64,000 nucleotides of DNA from Octopus vulgaris (Eukaryota), in NCBI GenBank assembly GCA_951406725.2, contig OX597818.1:131316001-131380000 (forward strand), written 5' to 3'. The stretch's first letter is position 1. Every line of letters begins with the position of its first letter. This document shows positions 53,815 to 64,000 of the stretch, piece after piece. The position numbers and the translations under genes were made by a program. The notes under the pieces were generated by a model. That model did no database searches, was not told the origin of the DNA, and worked only from the letters and a program-made list of their open reading frames with translations.

Positions 53815-54172
53815 ATGCATAGGAGAATTGGTTTTTGAAAATGTACCTGAATTTGAAAAACTTGTGATTGTTCTTAAATGAATCAATTTACATACATACC
53901 AAACTAGTTTTGATCATTTTTGGTTCATCAATGGTATAAACATATACAAAACAATGAGATTTAAAAAATTTTAAATTGTGAAGTAGAAAACATGTTTAAA
54001 TGATTAAATGTTCACAAAATTCAATGACGGGTAGATTGTTTTATATACATTTACACCGTGGACAGACAAAACTTTTTGAAGCTAGTTTGGTATGTATGTG
54101 AATAAATTTATTTAAAAACAAGCACAAATTTTTCAAATTTAGGTATATTTTCAAAAACAAATCCTCCCATAT
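53815..54172. repeat. old foldback (~140 bp diverged arms)
   Basis: CATACATACCAAACTAG pairs with CTAGTTTGGTATGTATG, and TTTTTGAAAAT with ATTTTCAAAAA. Confidence 0.8.
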
Positions 54173-54214
54173 TTTTAAATACACCCCTTCCTTCTTTCCT
54201 TCTATATATATATA

Positions 54215-54425
54215 CTGGAGTAAACACATAAACGTGAAACAAGATGGAAAAAAGAGTACTCAAATACCAGTGGTAGAGAAATATGCTTTATTTAAAGCCG
54301 CAGAAAATTCAACAAAACCTGTTACTCTGAGAAAAAACTGTCCGTTGAACGGCAACGGGAAACTCAGAGTAACAGGTTTTGTTGAATTTCCTGCTGCTTT
54401 TCTGCTGCTTTAAATAAAGTATATA
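54215..54425. mobile_element. short foldback element with decayed hammerhead, in (TA)n
   Basis: Arms ~54281-54331 and ~54363-54425. Plus strand reads CTGT CCGTTGA ACG GCAA CGG GAA ACTCAGAGT A ACAG. Confidence 0.75.
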
Positions 54426-54463
<38 letters not shown>

Positions 54464-54489
54464 TATATATATTACTTTATTCTTTTTTA

Positions 54490-54857
54490 CTATGTTGGAG
54501 CACCACCTTGAATGGTTTTTAGCTGAGCAAATTGACTCTAGGTCTTATTTTCTAAAGCCTAGTACTTATTCTATCAGTCTCTTTGCCAAACTGTTAAGTT
54601 ACAGGGGACATAGACACACCAACACAGGTCGTCAAATGGTGATGGGGGGACAAACACATACACAAAGACACACACACATGTATACATATATATATATATA
54701 TACGACAGGCTTCTTTCAGTTTCTGTCAACCAAATCCACTCACAAAGCTTTGGTCAACCTGAGGCTATAGTAGAAGACACTTGCCTAAGGTGCCATGCAG
54801 TGGGACTGAACCTGGCATCATGTGGTTAGGAAGCTATCTTCTTACCACACAGCCATG
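54490..54857 (-). mobile_element. tRNA-derived SINE, family A (diverged)
   Basis: Colinear with 39911-40334. Confidence 0.85.
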
Positions 54858-54870
54858 ATTTATATATATA

Positions 54871-54972
<102 letters not shown>

Positions 54973-55170
54973 ATTATAAATTAGGGTAGCTACGAGATAC
55001 CACCATGCTGAAAATAGTAGCCATGATCCGACTCTAAAACCACCTTAATTGTCCATATATCAACACGGAGAGAAAACAAAGAGACAAGATGAAACTAGTA
55101 AAAATTACTGGATAATTTATATACATAAACATATATATATGTATATATATAATGATTTTTATACACATGC

Positions 55171-55241
<71 letters not shown>

Positions 55242-56044
55242 TACTATAAATTCACAAAAAATAATGCACTCTCTCCATCAGAAATATCATATATTAATGC
55301 ATTGGTGTAGATATAACTCTATATATGTAGTTTTTAATTATCCACATACAATTAGAATGTGTCTCAGTTAACTAGGTGAACATATGTGTGTATGTGTTTT
55401 GTATGTGCAAAGAGAAGAAAGGACTCAATTTTCTATTGTTCATCATTAGGATTGGCAATTAGGAAAAAAGAATATAGGAGAAAAAAAAAGGGAAAAAAAC
55501 CACAAAAGAGAGTGATACTTCTATGAAATCTATAAATATATCATCATCAAGACATCTGGGTTTTCCTGCTGACATTTGCATAACTATGTATATGAATAAA
55601 ACTGAAAAAGGTGTGCCAAACATAGAACGGATAAGAAAAGCATGTCTGGAACAATATTATTGTTTCTTTGAAAAGCCTTGTTTATTATGTTATTTCACAA
55701 GCTCACTTCCAATTCAATTGATTTCAGTTACAACTATTAAGTGTTTATGAAATAATGTCAGAGCTGTTAATTGTAACAGACAGCTTTTAACTGTCAGCTA
55801 CTTATATTACTATTAAAAGGCTTTATCTGGAGAATGTTAACCTATTGATGCTGACTAGAGAGGGTTGTTTAAAAAGAAACCAAACTTTTAAAACAGTGAG
55901 CTAACCAAGTGAACCATTATATTCATGATTGCAGTGCTATGTATAGATAACCATTGCTCTTCAATCTAATATTAGCCATACTATGCCACATCTGTCAGTC
56001 ATCAATCTACATATGATAGAGTGAATAACGATTTAGTTTACATG

Positions 56045-56270
56045 GTGATCGTGGCCATTTGCTAGCCTCGCCTGGCACCTGTGCAGGTGGCACGTAAAAA
56101 GCACCCACTACACTCACAGAGTGGTTGGCGTTAGGAAGGGCATCCAGCTGTAGAAACACTGCCAGATCAGACTGGAGCCTGGCACAGCCTTCTGGCTTCC
56201 CAGACCCCAGTTGAACCGTCCAACCCATGCTAGCATGGAAAACAGACGTTAAATGATGATGATGATGATA
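56045..56270 (+). mobile_element. repeat family D with (GAT)n tail
   Basis: Near-identical to 11233-11455. Confidence 0.85.
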
Positions 56271-56294
56271 GTGAATTATTGCAAGCTGAACAAT

Positions 56295-57295
56295 GAAAGA
56301 TTTGCAGAAGCAACATATTTGCTTAAAAATTGCCTTTGAATTGTGAACAAAATTTGCAGAGACTTTTGCAACCAATTTACGAGAAGGAGTATTTGCCAAA
56401 TGCAAATTCCACAAATGGTATGAGTGCTTTACATAATAAGAAGGGATATACTCCAAAGATGAACTAATGTCTGGCACCCTTCTTTAATAGTGAGTGATGA
56501 TCATACAGAAAAAGTACATTTTGTGGTTTGTGAGAAATGTTACTAGATGGTCCATAAGATTTCCAATGAGGTAAGCATCTGCCAAAAATTGTGCTGCAGG
56601 ATTTCTAAAAGTTAAATTGAAGACACTTTATGGTGCCACAAAATGTGTGCATGTGTGCTGACAGATGAGAAAAAAGAGCTCCAGTCAGAAGCTCTTTGGA
56701 GTGTTTAAATACTGTTGACATCTTTCTGAAGAAAGTTATTACAGGTAATGATAAATGGGTGTACAGCTATGTTGTCAAAATTAAAAGGTATCAGATCAGT
56801 GAGTTAGATCAACATCACAACCATAAACCTCACCAAAAGCACATCAGAATCATTCAAATATGAAAGGAATGTTAATTGACTTTTTTGATTGGAAGGTTGG
56901 ACATTGTTCATCATGAAATTGTTGCATGTAATGAATTTTATTTGAATGTCCTGAAGAATTAGAGAGAGGAAGTGCAAAGAAAATGGCTTGAGGTTTGGAC
57001 AAACAAAATCTGGATGCTGCACCACAACAATGCACCTGTTCATGAGTCAGGTTTTTAGTCATTACTTTTGGACAACGCATAAGCTGTGTTTCAATTCCCC
57101 ACTGCCTTCCTCTCTAGGATTGAACCCTGTAAACTTTGTTTTGTTCTAAAAGTTGAGACCCACACTGAAAAAAGTTTGCTTTAAGAGCTGTGCACTACAC
57201 CCGCAAATACACTCCAACATGTGATCTAAAACTGTAAAAGATACTGGGAATGTACCAGGTGTATCAGGAGTAGAGAGAAATGTTTTGAATGAGAT
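56295..57295 (+). mobile_element. highly decayed mariner transposase relic
   Basis: KQHICLKIAFEL..FAETF; FLKKVITGNDKWVYSY; SNMKGMLIDFFD; WMLHHNNAPVH. Confidence 0.75.
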
Positions 57296-57493
57296 ATTTG
57301 TTTAAATTCTTGGTGAAACAATAAATTTGTTTAATTTTTCTGAAACATCAATTTCCTGTTGGACAAGAATAAAGAGGTATAACCAGGTATAAAGAAGATT
57401 GTTAGTAGGATTAGCACAGAGGTAGATGATTTGAAAACCTAATTAAGACAGAGGGATATACCATTAAACAGATAAACATAACTATCGGAGTCG

Positions 57494-57821
57494 GAGACAC
57501 CCTTCGGTCACGACACAGACCATGGGATTGCACCTAGAAAGTTACCCTCCTAGACACAAGTCCGGGCGAAGTTGTTTATGGAAGACCAGCAGTCACCCAT
57601 GCATACCAGCCTCCCCCCTCCATGCCACCAGTGTTATCCAAGGGAAAGACAAAGGTCGATACAGCTTGGCACCAGTGACGTCGGAACTCATTTCTACAGC
57701 TGAGTGAACTGGAGCAACGTGAAATAAAGTGCCTTGCTCAAGAACACAACATGCAGCCCGGTCCGGGATTCGAGCTCACAACCTCACGATCATAAGCTCG
57801 ACGCTCTAACCACTGAGCCAC
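57494..57821 (-). mobile_element. tRNA-derived SINE, family C (best-preserved copy)
   Basis: Minus strand head TGGCTCAGTGGTTAGAGCG (A box) and GCTCGAATCCC (B-box-like). Confidence 0.9.
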
Positions 57822-58478
57822 ATTGAATAAAATAGGAATTGCTGAAATCCTTACAAATTTATCCAGTTTTTTCTAGTATATCACTTATGAGTCCTTTGAA
57901 TATTTTACACTCGAGAGAAACGTATTTCATGGATACTTTGCTCACCTCAAATACTCTCCATAATATGCAGCTGGCACAAATAAACAGCTTGAGTTCAGGC
58001 CACAACAGAACAGCAGCCAGCTAACCAGTTTTGATATGGAGGTATCTAGAATCCTCCCTAAATTCAGTAACTCTGAATTAGAAATCACACTGACTGTGAT
58101 GGCCCATCCAACCAATATCAGTATGGAAACTGAACATAAGAGGAGAGAGGACGATAATGCTGATTGTATTTTACATAATTCATTGTACTATTTTCCATTC
58201 CATGTAATTCTCTGCATGTTATTCTTTATCATCTCTTTTTGTATTTCTGTTGATTCCCTTATATCTTTAACCACACCATTATAGGTATCCCTAGGGCAGT
58301 GAGCTGGCTAATGCATTACAGTGTCAGACAAAGTGCACTGCGATATTTATTCTGGCTCTGAGTTCAATTCCTGCTAAAGTCAACTTTGTCTTTGATCCTT
58401 CAGGGACCAATAAAATGAAATGGTATCGTCATGCCTTAGAATTTCTGGCCTCATGCTTAAATCAGAAACCAACTCTCT

Positions 58479-58612
58479 AAGAGCTCCACTCGAAACATTA
58501 AACCCTCCTTCTTCCCTTCCTTTCTGAGCGTCCAATAATACTATATTTTTTCCATGTCCTCACGTTGTTATGTTTACTCTTTGTGTTTTTATGTTTGGAT
58601 TAATGTTTGGAT

Positions 58613-58617
<5 letters not shown>
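58479..58617 (+). mobile_element. family H element, 5'-truncated within the hammerhead
   Basis: AAGAGC TCC ACTC GAAA CA TT AAAC, ending at TTGGATTAACT(AT)n. Confidence 0.7.
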
Positions 58618-58649
<32 letters not shown>

Positions 58650-59900
58650 ACACACAATAAGAGATACAAAATACATAGTTTTCAAAATTATACTTGTTCC
58701 TTTGGTTCCTTAGTCCAATATGTTGTTTGATATATCTACAATACTCAGATTTATTAGTATTGTTTATCATTTGTTGGGTATTTTCTTACCAAATTATTAC
58801 AACCTCCTCTAAAATATGTATTACAGTTACTAATCATCCCACATAAAACTATAACTTAGTACTCCTTTTTTCATGTATACAGATACACTCATAATTGGAT
58901 GCTCTTCCACTCTTGATGATAACAACCTTAAGAAAATTTATAGCTCTAGTAGTCACCAACCCTAAGTATAATTATTGAGCCTATTCAAACTTACCCTTAC
59001 TGTTATTAACATTTATAATCATCCTTATCATACAATCTATGCTTAATTTGCATATAAATTGAGTTCATCTCCCTCTTGATTTGACTCTAAAATCTATTTA
59101 GAGAGAGAGAGAGAGAGAGAGAGGTAGGACCCTGTCTCTTTATTCCTTCTGGCTTTATGAGGCCTATTTTTAATTTGATTTGCTCATCCCATTATGTAAT
59201 TAGCTTTTATCTATCATTGTCTTAACTATAATTATATCTTTAATTATAATTCTACTCAAAGTGAGACCCTGTCTATATGTTCCTTTTGGCTCTATAAGCT
59301 TTGTTTACAATTTTACTTTCTCTTCCTATTATTTGATCATTCTTCATTTATCTTCGTGTTAACTATAATTATATCTTTAATTTCACTTAATTCTTAATAC
59401 TCACATGCTTAGATTAACTCCTACGTTTCTACTAATCTTGAAAAAAAATCTCTTCCCAACCCCACATAAAACCTTAATATTGAAAATATAAACCCTATCT
59501 TTTAGTTTCCTACTCACTGTTTCATAAATACATGATGAATTACTCCCCCTTATCACAAAGTAAATTAAAAATTTTTCAGATTTATTTTTTTGAAATTTCT
59601 TGTAAGGGCTTCTTTTATGTTTATCTCTAATTTCAATACATAAAATTCTAAAACAAGGATTTTTTTTTCATCCAGACACTCATAGAATTCATAACTTTAT
59701 AGAGGGAATCTACAAAAAAAGCAATTAACTACTGCTGTTCCAGCTCTTAACTAGACTATATTATAGCTTCTCTGCTCGCTATCATTACTATGAAAAAATA
59801 ATCAGAAGATGAAACCAGGGCATCCCAACTAGTAATCACTACTTTCAACTAATATAAATAACATACAATTATTCTGTATTTATTTATATTATCTAACATT
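58650..59900 (+). mobile_element. possible very old PLE relic
   Basis: Near 59640-59750, KILKQG...NFIEGIY...PALN resembles a GIY-YIG C-terminus. It is followed by CAGAAGA TG..CATCC CAA CTAG TA, a possible eroded hammerhead. Weak evidence. Confidence 0.25.
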
Positions 59901-60195
59901 CGTGGGGTAGGCTCTTGCAGTTTGAGTAAATTCTTATTTAGAATTTCTTTTGACATGAGTATATATGTCTGGTGTAAAATGGTATTACACAAATAAATAG
60001 CTTGTTGTGGTTATCTAAAAACTAACCTATCGCAGAAATATATGTTAACACAGAATGCATTCCATCAACTCGAATGTAAGTACAATACTCAGAATTTACT
60101 GTTCAACAACCAACTCTTGAACTAACACAATAATCCAACACTGTTGAACTAAGGCCATCAACTGCCCCCTGACAGTTCACTCATTTCTTATTTAT

Positions 60196-60472
60196 TTGCC
60201 AGCCTCGTCTGGCCCCTGTGCCGGTGGCACGTAAAAAGCACCATCCATCCGTGGCCGTTTGCCAGCTCCGTCTGGCACCTGTGCGTTTGGCATGTAAAAA
60301 GCACCCACTACACTCACAGAGTGGTTGGTGTTAGGAAGGGCATCCAGCCGTAGAAACACTGCCAGATCAGACTGGGCCTGATGCAGCCTTCTGGCTTCAC
60401 AGACCCCAGTTGAACCATCCAACCCATGCTAGCATGGAAAGCGGACGCTAAATGATGATGATGATGATGATG
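60196..60472 (+). mobile_element. repeat family D inserted into another dispersed repeat
   Basis: The flanks (CCCCTGACAGTTCACTCA.TTCTTATTTATT | TGTAA..GTTAG) are contiguous in the copy at ~9390-9440. Confidence 0.85.
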
Positions 60473-60955
60473 TAACTGGTTAGTCAATCTTCAGTCATGA
60501 GGCGGTGTCCAGAATTCTCCCATAACAGAATTATTGCCTTCAAGATGGGTTAGGGTACCAGATCTTCTACAATCAATTTTTTGCTTGTTTTGGCAAAGTT
60601 TCTATTGCAGGATGCTTTTCCAAATACCAACCATTGTATAGAGAGTCTGGGATACATTATATTGTGGTACCAACACTAGAAAAGTCCCCTGTAAGTCATC
60701 TCAATTCTACAGAGTGTCTGTTCTTTCAAATAAAGCATTTCTCAGAATGATAAGAAAAGGAGAGTGATAATGAAAGTGGTGAAGGAGGTGAGTATGCAAG
60801 TGTGAAACAGGGTGATTAGACGTAGTGTGCAAATGCATGTGCATGTAGGCCTATAAATACCCACACACACATACACACACATACATACACATGCACACAT
60901 ACATATACATACATGTATGTATATATATTATATAAACACACATGTGTATATATAT

Positions 60956-60988
<33 letters not shown>

Positions 60989-61006
60989 GGCAAATGAAAG
61001 ATGGAA

Positions 61007-61048
<42 letters not shown>

Positions 61049-61049
61049 T

Positions 61050-61380
61050 ATACTAAGTAATTAAGGGTTTAGCAACTAATTGCCTCACCAACACACCGAA
61101 TTTAGAAATAGCAGTCAAAGAGATATAGCTATTCCTTCTACTAAAGGGGGAGAAAAGAAGTTTGGGTAAAGTAGAATTTTCTAATTCTTATGCTCTCCTA
61201 AAACTTGATTTCGAAACGTACGTCCGTAGGTAACTTAAAATTGTATGATAGATTGCCGTCATTTCATTCTTTCTTTCTTACCTGCCTATGTTTGCCTTTC
61301 AAGTGCTGTGTTTTTACTGAGATCCCCCTTTTAGTAGAAGGAATAGCTATATCTCTTTGACTGCTATTTCTAAATTCGGT
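61050..61380. mobile_element. foldback element with hammerhead 3' half, in (TA)n
   Basis: Near-perfect arms 61105-61151 and 61323-61380. The spacer has CCTA...C GAA ACGTACGT C CGTAGG. Confidence 0.8.
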
Positions 61381-61544
61381 ATATATGAGGATATGTAAAT
61401 ATATATATATGTGCACATGTAAATATATATGTGTATATATATGTATGTGTGTATATATAAATATATGCATGTATATATTAGTATATGTAAAAAATATATA
61501 TGTGTGTGTGTGTGTACATGTAAATATTTATATGTATGTGTGTG

Positions 61545-61593
<49 letters not shown>

Positions 61594-62767
61594 GCACACA
61601 CTGTTGACAAGTATAGTTCTTTTATGAAATGCAACGATCACTTTGCCTTTTGCCAATCTTTCTTTTTTAGTAATAAAGAAATATATAATATGAATTGAAA
61701 CCACTGGCCTGACCAGAAAGAAAGTGGACTCTTTAATGTAATTACATGAGTTGATTTACAAAAACGAAAACAAACAATGAAATAAAGACACTGGATAAAA
61801 CCACCACCATCACAACAACAACAACAATGATGAGAACTGCAACAAATTTCCATTGTTTCTGAAGGAGAGGTTTTTTTTTATGTGTCTATCTTTGTTTATT
61901 TTATATAAATATAAATAATAATCTAGAAAAATTTTATTACCTGTAAACACAAACCATCAGTATGAGTACAAATTTTATAGAGTGACATCATCACATCAAG
62001 CAGAAAGAAAACAAAAACAAAAATCCAAAATAAAACAAATGATTCAATTATAAATAGTACCGTATAAGAAGAGACAGAGAAGCTGCATTGAGCAAGTATT
62101 AAATAGTAAGAGACAGAATAATTAAAGAAATAAAAAAAATACATTGAGTATTAACCATCAAAATGGAATAATAAATCAATTCCATTTAAAGTGATTCTTT
62201 TAAATGATGTTTTGTTTTTGTCTCCGAATAATAGAATTCTTTGAGTGAAATTGGTTGTTTTATTTTCAGCCAAATAACATTATTTTTTATTTGTAAAAGA
62301 AAAAAAAAAATCTTTATCATTTTATGATTTATTTTGACTGTTGAAATATGTAGATAGTTAAAGGTGCAAATTTTGTGTTAGCTTCTCTTCCACGTCCCAA
62401 TTTATATTATACTGTGTAACGAAATTTTTATTTATTTATCTATTTATTTTGTCTTTGGTCAGTAAGTGTAATTTCTTATTTGCTTCTATCTAGAAGTCAA
62501 AAGGAAATTACTTTTATTCCCTTCAAACTTTGCTTTTGTGAACTGGACATCAATGTTTTGAAACTGACCTATTTTCCATTACATTTCAGACAGATTCACT
62601 GCTGAGTTGCTGAAGCAGAAATATCATTAAAGCAAATAATCTGCCCAGTACCACAGATCTGCTTGTTAGTTGCTTGACCTCAACCACTTGAGCATGTCCC
62701 CTAGTGGCTGACAATATGTGCATCACTGATCATGAGCAAGTGTTGTTGGGGAGCATCATAGCCATGT

Positions 62768-63144
62768 GTGGAGGCGCAATGGCCCAGTGGTTAGGGCAGC
62801 GGACTCGCGGTTTCGATTCCCAAACCGGGCGTTGTGAGTGTTTATTGAGCAAAAACATCTAAAGCTCCACGAGGCTCCGGCAGGGGATGGTGGTGATCCC
62901 TGCTGTACTCTTTCACCACAACTTTCTCTCACTCTTACTTCCTGTTTCTGTTGTACCTGTATTTCAAAGGGCCGGCCTTGTCACTCTCTGTGTCACGCTG
63001 AATATCTTCGAGAACTACGGTAAGGGTACACGTGTCTGTGGAGTGTTCAGCCACTTACACGTTAATTTCACGAGCAGGCTGTTCCGTTGATCGGATCAAC
63101 CGGAACCCTCGTCGTCATAACTGACGGAGTGCTTCCTTCCTTCC
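62768..63144 (+). mobile_element. tRNA-derived SINE, family B, with TSD
   Basis: Head TGGCCCAGTGGTTAGGGC...GTTTCGATTCCC. TSD CATAGCCATGT at 62757-62767 and 63145-63155. Confidence 0.9.
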
Positions 63145-63618
63145 CATAGCCATGTATCAAGAGGAATTCTTGGGAGTTTGAATAAATGGAACAAAAGTAA
63201 AGATTGAAGGAAATATTAGCCATTTTCCATGCTTTCTAGAGGTAAGCAAATAGGAAATAACAGTTGCCATCCAAGGACAGAAATCGTCTTACACAGTGTT
63301 ATTCTCAGGCTTTTGTCCTAAGTTTGTCATTGAAGATTTTAAATCTAACCTGGTTTCAATTCCTGGTTAAACCCATGTCACTACACACTAATTGCAAAAA
63401 ACAATTTGTGTAAAAGAAACAAATGGCGGTGCCCCAGCATGGCCACAGCACATGAGCTGAAACTAGATAAAATAAAAATATAAAATAAAAATATTAACTG
63501 ATTTGGGGGTGAGGTGAAAACTAGGAACTTATGATTTTGTGTGTTTCACAAATACAAACAACATTTGTCTTCGTATGTGTGATTAAAAAGGTTGCTTTGC
63601 AACTCTGTGATATATATA

Positions 63619-63837
63619 TAATCCTTTAGCACTCAGATTACTCTGTCAAATGAAATGCTTATTTACTCATATGTTTTGAATTAAATCATGCATTATCACA
63701 TAGCTTCAAGAGTTTTATGAGTATATTTTAAAAAAAATATTGCAGAGTACGTGTGAGAAACCAGACCTGGCCAATTTTAGCATAAAACAAGTAGAATAAT
63801 TTGGCCAGAATGTCTGGTTTAAATGCTAAAGGAATAA
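63619..63837. mobile_element. piggyBac-like MITE
   Basis: TIRs TCCTTTAGCA / TGCTAAAGGA; internal homology to 32772-32984. Confidence 0.7.
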
Positions 63838-64000
63838 ACACACACATCCATATGCACACATTTATACAGACACCTACAAGTTCCAGTGTCATCATCTAAT
63901 AAAAAATATTCCTCTTTTTATATGTGCAGAACTGGGTGTATATATACGCATGAATACTGGTATTTACATCTACACAAAGATACACGTATAAATAAATATT

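Noticed and set aside
57770-57821. tRNA-like A/B boxes here and in other SINE heads
   Set aside because: They are heads of multi-copy SINEs continuing into body and tail, not tRNA genes.

Overview
AT-rich, microsatellite-saturated metazoan DNA. The repeat inventory (tRNA-derived SINEs, RTE/CR1/R4-type LINE fragments, mariner, Gypsy and Copia relics, (TA)n/(CA)n/(TACA)n/(GAT)n arrays) fits an octopus/coleoid genome; this assignment is inferred from memory of the repeats, not from a search. No intact protein-coding gene can be identified. Almost all listed ORFs are microsatellite read-throughs, and only a few short candidate exons stand out, so this is probably long-intron or intergenic sequence. 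The main signal is Penelope-like element (PLE) activity. It comprises a young ~2 kb palindrome (42221-44202) encoding a GIY-YIG endonuclease C-terminus, a PLE RT relic, and more than ten minimal type-I hammerhead-ribozyme motifs from several unrelated sequence families. These motifs sit in short elements anchored in (TA)n tracts. Five of the elements share one architecture: a 5'-truncated copy fused head-to-head to an inverted copy of its own 3' end.
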